64,000 bases of DNA from Nitrosopumilus sp. (GCA_965223425.1 OZ245003.1:1888001-1952000); one strand, 5' to 3'. Shown: positions 9,075 to 20,159, numbered from the stretch's first letter. Numbers and translations: made by a program. Notes: generated by a model from the letters alone, not told the origin.

Positions 9075-12000
9075 GTGTTTTTATCAACCCGGAATGCTTT
9101 TAGGCTTTTTAAGAAATTACATATTTTTTGTGATTTGAGCTCAAAGCGATGGCGTCTGGCAAACACGAAAAAGCAGAAAGGACAGCTCTCACAAGTTACA
9201 AAATTCCTTCCAGAAGCGGGGAATCTGTCTGCCTGCTCCGTGATAGTCCCCATAACGATGGACAAAAAAGAGGCGGTGGCCGCCGCCGGGGGCCTGGTCA
9301 GTGCAGGCATACGAAGCTTTGAGCTGTGGTGGGACAGCACGGAGAAGAGCCTCCGGTTCGTACTGGTGGGAGAGTCACAGGATCTCTCAAACTTCAAGCA
9401 GGCCTTTGCAAACATGTACCCCAACGCGTTCTTTGCCGACCTTGATCATACGGTTCCAACATGGTTTGACAAAAAATCAGAATATCAGATATTTGATGTC
9501 AGCACGTACCACGGCCACTATACGGCAGTCTTTGACCAGACCAGGGCGCACCAGATCATAACGCAGATTGCAAACACCATACAGCTATCAAAGCACGCGT
9601 GGATTCAATTTACGTTCAGGTATTACTCGTTTAATTCGTTTTTACGGCGGCACGTCACGCGCCTTGATGAAAAGGCCAGGGAGATAAAGCGCGGCAACTA
9701 TCTTAGCAACACCGAGATTATCATGAACCCGGACAAAAAACCGCATGACCACCCAGAGATGGGATACGACTTTACAAACAACTATGCCGGCCTCCAAAAA
9801 CATGCCACACTCAAGATGCAGAGCGCGCATCTTTTGATGAGCGTCAGGGGCATGATGAGCGGTGACTCCGAGATAAACCTGCACTTTGACGAGATAGAGG
9901 CACTTCCATTAGAAAACATCCACTCAAACCACGAGCATCTGACAAAGTTCCGGTATGATTATGGCGAGTTTTACTCTGACAAATCCAGGAAAACGCGGAT
10001 AAGGACAGGGGGGTCAAAGGAGAATCGCCGCAGGATAGAGATCTTTGAATCGCGTCTGCTGCCGGATCCGCGGCCGTTTCTGGACTCGGCGTCCGGAAGA
10101 TACTTTGAAAGAGGCCTGCTAGGCTACAGGGAGAGGGCACCACTGCCGTTTCTCGTGCTGAATTTATCGGAGATTCCGTTGTTTATCCACCTTCCAAATC
10201 CTACAACACCCAACATCGGCACCACCCGTGGCGTCTCGCTTCCAATAAAACCATCTGCAAAGACGGGCGCAAACATCGGGTTCTTCAAGATCAAAAAGGA
10301 CTTTGACTGGCAGTCAATCTGGGGAGGAATGGAGAAGTCAAAGGACATAGATGCCGCAGTCATATCGCCTACCGACTTTGCCAACCACTTTTACGGGGTG
10401 GGCGCGTCAGGCTCCGGCAAGACTTCGCTGATCAGACTGCTTGCCAAGCATCTCGAAGTCTGGAACAACAACGGCACGTTCCAGAACGCGTTCATATACG
10501 TGGATCCAAAGGGGGATGACTCTCACAAGTTCATAAAACAGTGCGAGCGGGGCACCGTATCGGAGGGACGCGCACATTTTCTTGATCCGCAGGAGACCAG
10601 GTTTTCCATAAACCCGCTGGAGCTTCCAGCATACCAGCCAAAGGAGCGTGAGGAGGTGGTATCAAGATATGTCGGGTATTTTATGAAGACCATCGAGGAG
10701 TGGTACCAGCAGTCGGCAAGCTATGTCCAGATGGAGAGGATATTCCGCGCGCTGCTGTTTTACATCTACATGAGGCATGATGCCCCCACGTTTCTGGACA
10801 TCCATGATATCATACTAAAGCTGCAAGACCGGGGAAATGACGCCCTGCCGCAGATAATCCAGACCTTTGGCGTGCCGGACCCCGAGATGAAGCAGGCCCT
10901 GAACAGCATTGCCACGCTAAAAGGCGATGCCTTTACGCCGCTGTTGAACAGGGTAGAGCAGTTTGCAACCGACCCGGTTCTAAAGAGGATGTTCTCTGTA
11001 CGGCACGGAACGGTAAACTTTGACGAACTGATACAGGCCGGCAGATACACCATAGTTAGGATCTCCCCGCTCAACATGCCCCAGCACGTACAGCCGCTTG
11101 CCATGCAGGCGTTCATACTGAAGCTGTGGTTTACCATACAGGAGAGGGCAAACAAGGTACAAAACGAAAAGGACAGGATACAGGTAGTCTTGGCCCTAGA
11201 CGAGTTTCAGATAGTAAAGGACCTCCAGGTGCTGCAGCTTATGCTGGAGCAGGCAAGGTCGCTTGGACTTGGATTGATCCTGTCACACCAGACCACGGAG
11301 CAGATAAGCGACAAGCAGCTGGGAATAATTTCCGGCAACTCTGGCACGCAGATGATAGGAAAGGTAAACGGCAAGGACGCCTCCAGGATAGCCCAGATAT
11401 GGGATCCACAGTTCCAAAAAGAGTTACAGCAGCAGTTTGCCAGCCAGGAATACTTTCACTGGACCGTCAGGGAAAAGTCACCGCCGGGTGAGGAGCAGCC
11501 GCCCCCCGTACAGTTCTGGCTGAACCTGCCGCCGGCCCTGCTTGTGGTAGATGAGGATTATGACGAGTTTTTACTCGGCCAGCTGGAAAAATACGGCAGG
11601 GGCAGGGTCGAGGATACGGCTACGAGGCAGATGATTACCCAAAAAAGCAAGTGGCTTGAGAACATTACCGTGTCGTTTCCGACACAGATGGAATGGAAGA
11701 TCATGCTCATGCTCAAAGAATCCGACATGAGGCAGGCAGACATGGTGGACAGACTGCGGGTTCAGAACCGGTCAGAGGTTCTTGCCGTCCTGAAGCAGAT
11801 GGTCTCAGACAAGACTCTGGAGAGGATTAATAGTTCCAGAACGTCCCCGTACACCCTGACTGCCAAGGCAAAAAAAGACTATTTCGAGTATGACAGTGCC
11901 GAGATTGGAACCGCACAGGATATCGAGGTGATGACCAAATCCATAGTCTCCACCTATCACAAAAAAGAAATGTTCGTGACAATGGCCGGGCAGAAGATCC

Positions 12001-12245
12001 GCAAGGGGCAGGATAGGACGGATCTTGTCGCCTATGACTATGGTTCCCAGCTTGCAATAAGCGTGGAGATCGAGTCAGAAAGCGAGGTGAACAGTCACCG
12101 GGAGCACGTAAGATACAACATGACAAAGTGGAAGAACATGGGATTCGACCGGTGTCACATGTGGTCCAAGAGCCCCAAGATCCTCAAGATTCACGACTCC
12201 CTTGATGGTGAAGAAAAAAAGGATGTAAGGTTGATGTCTATTTGA
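9075..12245 (+). CDS. VirD4/TraD/HerA (FtsK-HerA superfamily) ATPase with C-terminal winged helix and probable PD-(D/E)xK nuclease domain
   Basis: Walker A GASGSGKT, VDPKGD, INPLE, Walker B LALDEFQ, ARSLGLGLILSHQ; wHTH-like region ~aa 870-935; TDLVAYD...ISVEIES; true start uncertain. Confidence 0.85.
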   Translation: MFLSTRNAFRLFKKLHIFCDLSSKRWRLANTKKQKGQLSQVTKFLPEAGNLSACSVIVPITMDKKEAVAAAGGLVSAGIRSFELWWDSTEKSLRFVLVGESQDLSNFKQAFANMYPNAFFADLDHTVPTWFDKKSEYQIFDVSTYHGHYTAVFDQTRAHQIITQIANTIQLSKHAWIQFTFRYYSFNSFLRRHVTRLDEKAREIKRGNYLSNTEIIMNPDKKPHDHPEMGYDFTNNYAGLQKHATLKMQSAHLLMSVRGMMSGDSEINLHFDEIEALPLENIHSNHEHLTKFRYDYGEFYSDKSRKTRIRTGGSKENRRRIEIFESRLLPDPRPFLDSASGRYFERGLLGYRERAPLPFLVLNLSEIPLFIHLPNPTTPNIGTTRGVSLPIKPSAKTGANIGFFKIKKDFDWQSIWGGMEKSKDIDAAVISPTDFANHFYGVGASGSGKTSLIRLLAKHLEVWNNNGTFQNAFIYVDPKGDDSHKFIKQCERGTVSEGRAHFLDPQETRFSINPLELPAYQPKEREEVVSRYVGYFMKTIEEWYQQSASYVQMERIFRALLFYIYMRHDAPTFLDIHDIILKLQDRGNDALPQIIQTFGVPDPEMKQALNSIATLKGDAFTPLLNRVEQFATDPVLKRMFSVRHGTVNFDELIQAGRYTIVRISPLNMPQHVQPLAMQAFILKLWFTIQERANKVQNEKDRIQVVLALDEFQIVKDLQVLQLMLEQARSLGLGLILSHQTTEQISDKQLGIISGNSGTQMIGKVNGKDASRIAQIWDPQFQKELQQQFASQEYFHWTVREKSPPGEEQPPPVQFWLNLPPALLVVDEDYDEFLLGQLEKYGRGRVEDTATRQMITQKSKWLENITVSFPTQMEWKIMLMLKESDMRQADMVDRLRVQNRSEVLAVLKQMVSDKTLERINSSRTSPYTLTAKAKKDYFEYDSAEIGTAQDIEVMTKSIVSTYHKKEMFVTMAGQKIRKGQDRTDLVAYDYGSQLAISVEIESESEVNSHREHVRYNMTKWKNMGFDRCHMWSKSPKILKIHDSLDGEEKKDVRLMSI

Positions 12246-12491
12246 TTCTGAACTTTTCCCGCGCGCTCATCTTTGTGTACATGACGGGTTTGTCTTTGGA
12301 TTCTTGCCGGTCATCCTTCATTGCCTCATCAAAGGCCCTCTCATACATGTCGATGTCTGTAAGGTCTTTTTTTGTCAGATCCTTGTCTGAAGGCATCAGG
12401 AAGACTTTTCCATTGATCGGACAAAATTTCATGTTCTTGCCTGGCTTTACCCCCATGTAATGAACGATTGGCCCTGGCACCGACATGATGT
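12238..12491 (-). pseudogene. AbrB/MazE/SpoVT-like DNA-binding protein, 5'-truncated
   Basis: MSVPGPIVHYMGVKPGKNMKFCPINGKVFLMP resembles the swapped-hairpin fold; the N-terminus of the ORF call lies inside the IS end. Confidence 0.55.
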
Positions 12492-13858
12492 CAGTAGTTC
12501 CCAGATGTAGATTTACCGCAACCGCAACTGGCATCGGTTCTACTTGCCTCGATCATTGACAAACAACTCGTTTCTGCTTGTAATGTACACGATAAACAAC
12601 GCCATGGTGAGTTTTTTTCCCGCAGAAGACACTCTTCCATGCCTCTTTCCCGCATCAAGGCAGAACCTGGCAATCCTCCACAGGTTGTACAGCAGCAGCG
12701 GCAGGTAAAACATCAGCAGCCTCACAGACAGGGAGTTGCTGCATGTCCTGCCCATGATCTCCTTTATGACGCGAAACCCCGTCTCGATGCCCCATCTTGC
12801 GGTACTGCTCCGGTATGATGCCTGTCATGGCTCTGGCGCTCCTGATGGGAATGTTTGTTGCAAACGCAATGTATTGCTCCTCCCCCTCCTCTTCCCCCTC
12901 CTCCTTTTTCTTCTTCTTCCTGTCTCTTTTGACAATTACAAGGTTGTAGGTCACAGTTACGCCGTCTTTGTTGGTCATTGACTGCTGCGATACCTGGCTT
13001 GCCTTTCCGTCCTTGTACATCTTGACTGTCTTTTTGATCTTGGAGTTCATGATGACAGGCATAATGTAGCGGCACCCGCCCTTTCCTGCCTCTGTCATGC
13101 AGTCAACGTTGTAAAAGGCGCGGTCGTACAGGAACACAGTCTTTGAGTGTGCGCCCCCTCTGAGGATTTTCGTGCGTGTTTTGGCTATAAAATCGGCCAG
13201 CTTTTCCTTTGCCGGTAGTAGCTTCGATTCCAGGACAATCTGCGAGGAGTCCCTGCCGACTCCGTGCACTGCGACATACGAGAGAAACGTGGATGTTCCT
13301 GCCCTTGGACGCGACTTTCTTGTATGCTCCTGCAGCTGCTCCCCATGGTATGGTATGTCCGTAACGTCTATTGCAATGGCGTCGATGTCCTGCAGCATTC
13401 CTGTATGGCGGGCGTGCCGCACCGTGCGTGCCAGCGTCCTTGCACACCAGGCCTGCACGTCTGCCGGTTTGACGCCACGGACTGCAGACATGACCAGGTC
13501 TGCATCAGGCGTACGTGCACCCGTGTCTTGAAGCCTGTTGCGCCGTACGGGGGATTCTACAAACGTGTTTCTCTCAGACGCCTTGATTGGCACGTCCAGT
13601 ATGTCATTGCATCCGTATACGGCGTTGTGCCTCTCAGACATTGGCATGCCAAGCTTTTGAAACGACGAGCGCAGGATTTTAAACCGGTTTGATGCTATGT
13701 TGTACTGGCGTGCGATCAGTTCGTCATGTAATTCGACTTTCATGACATATTGCACGCCGTAGCCTAATCTGGATCTTTGCATTGCAGTTATGCGGTAACG
13801 CACCGGCATCTGGGCACAAACCTACATCTGGGCACAAACCTACATCTGGGAACTACTG
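12492..13858 (-). mobile_element. ISH3/IS4-like IS, copy 1 (transposase 12540-13809, frameshifted near C-terminus), 4-bp TSD ATGT
   Basis: IRs cagtagttcccagatgtag / ctacatctgggaactactg; atgt at 12488-12491 and 13859-13862; AIDVTD, DRAFY, YRK(R)WGIE motifs; 19-bp tandem repeats in the left end (13807-13850). Confidence 0.9.
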
Positions 13859-13925
13859 ATGTACCGATAACTTCACAGAACCGGAGTTCTGAAACATCTA
13901 AATAGATTTGATGTAGACGAAATTT

Positions 13926-14135
13926 ATGCCTGAAATCATATGTCCTGACTGTGGAAAACGACTGTTTCACGAGAATGAGACCACTTTGAAGGTACAAGAG
14001 ACGGTTCATTCAAAGTTCTGCAGAAAAAAGGAGGGTGAAACGCACAGTTACATGCACAGAGATCCGGCACACATGGAAACTTTTGATTCAGAAAGAGAAA
14101 ATGATTCAGCAGGCGCGGCCGTTTTAAAAAAATAA
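13926..14135 (+). CDS. Small zinc-binding protein
   Basis: 69 aa, CPDCGK...H...C. Confidence 0.65.
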   Translation: MPEIICPDCGKRLFHENETTLKVQETVHSKFCRKKEGETHSYMHRDPAHMETFDSERENDSAGAAVLKK

Positions 14136-14186
14136 TTCCCACAATATAGCCCAGAATTATATCCTAGGACAGGGGATGCTAGTCAC

Positions 14187-15401
14187 TTGTCAGAAGAATT
14201 CGATTATGATTTAGTGGTTGTAGGAGGGGGTCCTGCAGGGTCGTCTGCAGCATTTGCAGCTGCTAAAAATGGAGTCAGAGTCGCATTACTTGAAAAAGAG
14301 AATTCAATTGCAGAAACAGTAAGAACCAGCGGAGTTACATGGATTCAAAATATCAAAGAGTTTGGAATTCCCGATAATTGCTATAATCCAATTAAAAATT
14401 TTTCGTTTTGTTCGCCAAATAATGAGGTGACAATTGGCGATTCGATTCCAAGGGCGGCAGTCCTGGATGTAAGAAAAACATACAGATGGCTAGCTAATCA
14501 GGCAAAAAAAGAGGGGGCAGATATTTTTGTTAAAACTAATGTTAAGGAAGTTATTAAAAATTACAAAGGAGACATTGTTGGGGTAAGTGGGAGCGGGCCT
14601 AACGGGGAAACTACATTTCATTCTAAAATAGTAATTGATGCAAGCGGGTTTCCTTCAACAGTATGCAAGGCAATGGGACTTGCAACCCAATGGGAAAGAT
14701 TTGGCGCGGGGGCAGAATATGAAGTGAAAGCAGAGAATGTAGATTCTCAAACATGGTGGCTAATGGTAGGACAGCAGTATTCTCCTGCAGGATATGCATG
14801 GATTTTTCCTTTAGGAAACAATATTGTAAGAATTGGGGTGGGTGTAGGAAAACCCGAATCGGATGTGGATCCAACACAGAGACTCGAAGAAATAATGGAT
14901 GCAAAGTTGGGTCCGATAAAAAAACTAGGAAAAATAACACCGATTGAATTTCATTATGGGCTAATTCCAAATGATGGTTTGTCAAGAAAGACAGTTTTTA
15001 ACAATTTGATGTTAGTTGGGGATTCAGCCGGACAGGCAAATCCACTTGTTTTAGAAGGAATAAGATACGCAATAAAATTTGGAAGGGTTGCAGGGCAAAC
15101 TGCCTCTGATGCCATACAGTCTGGAAAAACAGACAAAGAAGCACTTTGCCCATATGAAGAGAATTGGAGAAAAGAGATTGAATCAAAAATAAAATCCGCA
15201 GGAAAGGTTCAAGACAGATGGATTGGGCTATCAGATGAAGAATGGGACAGGGAGCTAGACGTCATAAAAGAGTTGAAGCCCGAAGAATTTCTTGATTTCA
15301 TAAAGGCGGATTTTGGATTATCCAATATGATAAAATTAGCAACACGCCATCCAAAACTTGCTGTAAGGCAGCTCTTCAACTTGGTAAAAGGAAAAAATTA
15401 A
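14187..15401 (+). CDS. Geranylgeranyl reductase family FAD oxidoreductase (DGGGPL reductase-like)
   Basis: VVGGGPAGSSAA, PAGYAWIFP, VGDSAGQANPLVLEGI. Confidence 0.9.
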   Translation: MSEEFDYDLVVVGGGPAGSSAAFAAAKNGVRVALLEKENSIAETVRTSGVTWIQNIKEFGIPDNCYNPIKNFSFCSPNNEVTIGDSIPRAAVLDVRKTYRWLANQAKKEGADIFVKTNVKEVIKNYKGDIVGVSGSGPNGETTFHSKIVIDASGFPSTVCKAMGLATQWERFGAGAEYEVKAENVDSQTWWLMVGQQYSPAGYAWIFPLGNNIVRIGVGVGKPESDVDPTQRLEEIMDAKLGPIKKLGKITPIEFHYGLIPNDGLSRKTVFNNLMLVGDSAGQANPLVLEGIRYAIKFGRVAGQTASDAIQSGKTDKEALCPYEENWRKEIESKIKSAGKVQDRWIGLSDEEWDRELDVIKELKPEEFLDFIKADFGLSNMIKLATRHPKLAVRQLFNLVKGKN

Positions 15402-18365
15402 TTATTTTACAGCAAAAAAGTCTGTTACCACAACATCATGGTATTGTAACCGGACAACATAGACTCCAGGATCAAATGGTTGTGACAGGACTTCATTAAA
15501 CAGTCCTGTTGGATCATCTTTGAGGGCGATTTCTTCTACATGATTGCCTTGTTGATCATAGATATCAATGAAGAGATCTTCGCTGAATTGTGTAGTTTTT
15601 AGAACACGTCCAGTTATGACAAGTTTGTCTCCATCATAAGCTGCTTCAATAGGAGCTGTGGGATTCCTTATTGGAAGATACCGTTCAATGATGGTTCTTA
15701 ATTCATGTAGATTGTCATTTACACCTTCAGCATTTTTGTCAGTGAAGCCAAATTTAATTTCGTTAATGACAGATGCAAACCTGGAATTATCATGGAAATT
15801 TTCACCGCCGAATTTTTGTGCAAACGATTCTAATTCATCAAATTCGCGTGCCAAGTCAACCATGTCCAAATCAGCTTTGCTGTATTGAGTGTCAAACTCT
15901 TCTTCAATATGAACAATTTGTGTAGCCCTGGAGTCCAGATACTGTAGTGACACAACGTAAAGTCCCGGATCTGTTGGAGCAACCCACTGGGTGTAAAAAT
16001 TCCCTTGCCTAGTATCAGTAAATTCTAGATTGCTGTGAATGCTGCCATCCATTTTGTAAATAGTGAGATAGAGATTTTCTCTGTAATCAAAACGGGATTT
16101 TTCAGTCGCACCCCGTAGAATCCAAACTTCTTTTTCAGGATCAAATGAAATATCATAGATGATGTTATCTGCATGTAAAACTAAATGGTCACTAAGATAA
16201 TCTCCAATTTCTGTTATCTTGGATTCAGCATCGACAAAGTTTGCAATTTCAATTAATTCATAAGCTTCATCCATCATCTGATTATACTCACTTGCATATG
16301 CGGCAAACTCATTGTTGTAGAAATTAGACACCATGTCCGAGTAAGCCTCTAGTTTTTCACGAAATTCAATACGTTTTATTTCATCTACAGTGTATCCAAC
16401 ATCAGAGCCATTAGGATCATCAGTATAAGCTGTTGAAACAAGAGTCCACTCATCAAATAAATCTCCGACTAGTGCATCAGCTTGATCAAGATCATTTTCA
16501 ATTACAAGATCTCTTACATCGTCAATTTTTTCATTTAGTTTTTCAGTGAACTCAACATAATTTGGCAAAAATCTATTTTTAGTTAAGCTTAGCTCAACTA
16601 GGTTTTCAAGAGATTTTGCTCGCTGTAAAATGTCACTGGCACGGATTTTGAACGCATCTTTATTGTAAGAATCCAAATCTGTTTTTATTTGAGGGGCTTT
16701 TTCACTAACCCAAGTTAACAGAACCTCAATTCTATCAATTCTAGTAATAGACGGATTACCAGATTCCATTTGTTTGGCAGTGCCTAAAATTTTCAATGCG
16801 TTATCAATTAGGAATAGATTTTGATAATCTGCTTGAATTTCAGCTTTTGTCTTCATGGATTTGTATTGGAATTCCAAAACTGTCAATGGGTTTCGTTTTT
16901 CTCTAAGTTCAGTCATTGATTGATCAAATGCAGAGACAATCTCTAAAATCTCATCTGTGGATTGGGCATTCTCAACTCTTTCCAAAAGGGATTCCCAATC
17001 AGATACAAGTGCTGAGTCAATGCCGCTTGATTGCGAAATCTCAACACTCTTGTTAATTCGTGCAGAAATATCTATAATCTGAGTCATTTGGGAGATTTTA
17101 GACTCAGAGTCTAGTATGTCATTGACGGAAGTTGCTGATGCTAAATCAGATTCCAGGCCATCCCAATCAGGCATTAAGAGATTTGCAAGTTCGCTGTTTT
17201 CTTCAGAATCAGAAGAGATGAATCTTTCAACATCGTCTAATGCTCTCAAAAGTATTGCTGCTTGATATAATTCTGAAACACTAGCACTGGAGGCAAGTAA
17301 TTCCCCAATGGATGCTTTTTCTTGTAATGATGGCTTTAGAGATTCCCAACTATTTTGCACTAGTGTGTAAAGATCGCTTTGTTTTCTTGAGATAACATCA
17401 AGGTATCTAGATTTGGAAAGAACGTCAATGAGTTCAGTAATTTCATTAGAATAAACAGGGGCAGTTCCTCGAGCAAAGATAAATCCAACTTCATGTTTTA
17501 CATCTCTACTCATTATGGTGCCAGCCTTTTTCATCAAGTTCAGTAGTGTTTCTTCTAACTCATCAAAAGTTGGTGTTCTTTGAGTAGTTTTTTCAGGGGT
17601 TACATTTCTTACATCAACAAAAGCATCAGTTAGCAAGCCAATAGCCTTAGTTTTATCATCAATTTCATAGTAAAATACTGCTGCAAAAATTGTTCTGTCA
17701 ATGGATTTTGCAATATCAAAAGATATTTCATCATCATTTAGTAGTTGTTGCACCGAATCTAATGATGAAGATATCGCAGGCCTGATTAAAGGATCTATTT
17801 CAAAAAGTAGCTCCTCTACAAAAAATTCATCCCACAAGTCAACGTAAGCAGATTCTAGATCAGATATGTCAGTAGAGGTCTGGTTTGATACAGGAGATGA
17901 AATATCAAATATTTCATTGATTAAAGATTCTTGATCAGATACCAAGGTTTGTGCTAAAGAAGTTTTTTGATCATTGTTTGGTTCAGAAAAAGAGTCAGAA
18001 GAAACATCAAATGTTGTAGATTTTGAATAGTCACCGTAGAACAGCTTAATCTCATATTCACCAGGAAGACCACAGATTCTACCTTTTAGGGGAATAACGT
18101 CTGTGATAAAAACACCGTTTGGAAGCGGTGTGAGTTGTTGAATTTGACACAAGTCTCCTTGAGGGTTAATAATTTGCATGATCAGAAAGGAATCATCTAC
18201 AATGCTTGCAACTTGTCCATAGATGAATAATGGTTCACCGCGGTCATAGGTGCCAAAAGTGTCAAGAAGTGTGATCCGATCAGAGCTTTGAGCAGACGCA
18301 TATGCGGGCACCAAAACAAGCGCAATTAGCCCCAATACAATTGGAATTTGTCTCACAAAGATCAA
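15402..18365 (-). CDS. Large exported hypothetical protein (Ig-like ends, helical core)
   Basis: 987-aa ORF, signal peptide, acidic, PGEYEIK/PGLYVV/PGVYVV beta-sandwich motifs. Confidence 0.8.
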   Translation of the reverse strand: MIFVRQIPIVLGLIALVLVPAYASAQSSDRITLLDTFGTYDRGEPLFIYGQVASIVDDSFLIMQIINPQGDLCQIQQLTPLPNGVFITDVIPLKGRICGLPGEYEIKLFYGDYSKSTTFDVSSDSFSEPNNDQKTSLAQTLVSDQESLINEIFDISSPVSNQTSTDISDLESAYVDLWDEFFVEELLFEIDPLIRPAISSSLDSVQQLLNDDEISFDIAKSIDRTIFAAVFYYEIDDKTKAIGLLTDAFVDVRNVTPEKTTQRTPTFDELEETLLNLMKKAGTIMSRDVKHEVGFIFARGTAPVYSNEITELIDVLSKSRYLDVISRKQSDLYTLVQNSWESLKPSLQEKASIGELLASSASVSELYQAAILLRALDDVERFISSDSEENSELANLLMPDWDGLESDLASATSVNDILDSESKISQMTQIIDISARINKSVEISQSSGIDSALVSDWESLLERVENAQSTDEILEIVSAFDQSMTELREKRNPLTVLEFQYKSMKTKAEIQADYQNLFLIDNALKILGTAKQMESGNPSITRIDRIEVLLTWVSEKAPQIKTDLDSYNKDAFKIRASDILQRAKSLENLVELSLTKNRFLPNYVEFTEKLNEKIDDVRDLVIENDLDQADALVGDLFDEWTLVSTAYTDDPNGSDVGYTVDEIKRIEFREKLEAYSDMVSNFYNNEFAAYASEYNQMMDEAYELIEIANFVDAESKITEIGDYLSDHLVLHADNIIYDISFDPEKEVWILRGATEKSRFDYRENLYLTIYKMDGSIHSNLEFTDTRQGNFYTQWVAPTDPGLYVVSLQYLDSRATQIVHIEEEFDTQYSKADLDMVDLAREFDELESFAQKFGGENFHDNSRFASVINEIKFGFTDKNAEGVNDNLHELRTIIERYLPIRNPTAPIEAAYDGDKLVITGRVLKTTQFSEDLFIDIYDQQGNHVEEIALKDDPTGLFNEVLSQPFDPGVYVVRLQYHDVVVTDFFAVK

Positions 18366-18419
18366 CCCGCTGCTTGTCTTACTTAAAACTTGGGCAGTAA
18401 TTATACTAACACGAGTTAG

Positions 18420-18656
18420 TTAGATAAAAACAAGATATAGGGCAACTACCAAAGAGTAGTTCTCTGACTTTATTTGTGGCACAGTATTGGTCTGGTTGGA
18501 TTTCAAAGGCATGCAAATTGAATGGAATTGCTCAATTGTACATAATGCACATTTTTGACAAATCATGCTGTTTGGTTTCATACATTGAGGACATTTTGTA
18601 TTCTCAGTTAATTTTCCACCACAGCGTCGGCATGATTCGTCAGGCAACCTATTCAA
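18420..18656 (-). CDS. Small Cys-rich zinc-ribbon protein
   Basis: CRRC..CPQC..CQKC..H..C. Confidence 0.6.
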   Translation of the reverse strand: MNRLPDESCRRCGGKLTENTKCPQCMKPNSMICQKCALCTIEQFHSICMPLKSNQTNTVPQIKSENYSLVVALYLVFI

Positions 18657-18756
18657 ATTAGGTTAATGAAAATTGAATATAAGGCACACGTAAAAGTTGT
18701 TCATCTCAGAGATCAGTAAGACGAAGATTATAATGTAAATAAAAAAAATCAAAACT

Positions 18757-19404
18757 ATGGATAAGGTCAGAGAAACATTTGACAGGTGGGCTCAAAATGG
18801 AAGGGCAGAACTAATGGAGACAGAACATGGAAAAAATGTATCAAAATTTTTGCACACCATACCATTTGATGAGCCATTTATCTTTCTTGATGTAGGATGT
18901 GGGAATGGATGGGTCGTAAGAAAAATTGCACAAGAAAAAAACTGCAAGAAAGCCATAGGCATTGACAAAAGCAAAAAGATGATTCTTCAATCTAAAAAGA
19001 AGATGGCCAGTAACAAAGAAGAGTTTTTTCACACAGACATTGAATCAATGAAATACAAGGGAAAGTTTGATTTTATTTTTTCAATGGAGTCACTTTACTA
19101 TGCAGATTCTATTGAAGTGGCACTTGAAAAGATATACAAACTTCTAAAACCGAGTGGAAAGTGTTTCTGTGGAACAGATTTTTACACAGATAATAAAGCA
19201 ACAGCCAGATGGGCAAACGTTATGGAAATACAGATGCATTTACATTCAAAAAAAGAATGGAAGTCGTTTTTTCAAAACGCAGGTTTTAGTGTGAGAGCAA
19301 AACATATCAAAGATTTGAAAAGTAGAAAAAAATGGAAAAGAGAATTTGGAACTTTATTCATAATAGGCACAAAACCTCAAGCAATACTCAAATTCAAGAA
19401 ATGA
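18757..19404 (+). CDS. Class I SAM-dependent methyltransferase
   Basis: FLDVGCGNG, GIDKS, FDFIFS, LLKPSG. Confidence 0.9.
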   Translation: MDKVRETFDRWAQNGRAELMETEHGKNVSKFLHTIPFDEPFIFLDVGCGNGWVVRKIAQEKNCKKAIGIDKSKKMILQSKKKMASNKEEFFHTDIESMKYKGKFDFIFSMESLYYADSIEVALEKIYKLLKPSGKCFCGTDFYTDNKATARWANVMEIQMHLHSKKEWKSFFQNAGFSVRAKHIKDLKSRKKWKREFGTLFIIGTKPQAILKFKK

Positions 19405-19933
19405 GTAATAGTTTCATGTGAGCTGGAGCACGACACGCTGCTACGGCAGAGGAAACTCCTCCCCCCATACAGGAAATGTGATCCGGAGATGGATAATCAG
19501 AGATGGTTGGCAACGGAGCAGAAAAAAATCCAACATGGCGCACAATGATGGTAAAACCTGAGATTTCCATAGAAGGAATGAAAAAAGCCGACCCACATGG
19601 AGTAAGGCCAAACAGAACTAAGAGTTCCTGTACTAAGTTCAGGTAGGCTGCAAAGCGAAATATCGTGAAAACAGAAGGAGGGTTACTCCCAGCACACATA
19701 ATTTACTATAATTCGAATATGTAAAAATCAATTAGCAGTAATTGGGGGGATGTTGTGGGAGATATTTTATAATTGATTCCCCATTGTTTGTCTGTTATTT
19801 CTTGATGAATCATAAAATGATGTTGCACCGTATTGTCAGATCCATGCTATCACCAAATGTTTACAAAATAATCTGTTTTAGGATGAGTTGGCAGAACAAC
19901 ATACCAAGAATCATCTTAAATTGGAAACTCTCA

Positions 19934-20156
19934 TCAACCCCAGCTCAGAACATATTGATTGCCTGAGAGCGCATAATCCCCCTGCCAGAGTCCTTTGTTG
20001 AGCAGTTCAGCTGCCACATCAGGAGTTACACAGGTTGTACTGCTGTGATCATACTTGACCAGAAAGACTGGGGCATCAGGAGGGCATGCGTATTCCTCAT
20101 ATTTTCTGACTATTTTTTCATGTACTGACTCATTGACTGGGCCGCCAAGTTCCAAT
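19934..20156 (-). pseudogene. C-terminal fragment of exported protein, truncated by IS
   Basis: CPPDAPVFLVKYDHSSTTCVTPDVAAELLNKGLW resembles the C..C module of 5008-5934; abuts the IS end. Confidence 0.5.
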
Positions 20157-20159
20157 AGT

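Larger units (their letters stand above)
4824..13882. mobile_element. Non-autonomous composite IS6-type transposon (~9.06 kb) with 8-bp TSD
   Basis: Left IR at 4824; right IR atgtaccgataacttcacagaacc at 13859-13882; ggagttct directly repeated at 4816-4823 and 13883-13890. Confidence 0.8.

Noticed and set aside
19394-19966. Short ORFs between the methyltransferase and the IS5-like copy
   Set aside because: No motifs, conflicting strands, likely intergenic or decayed
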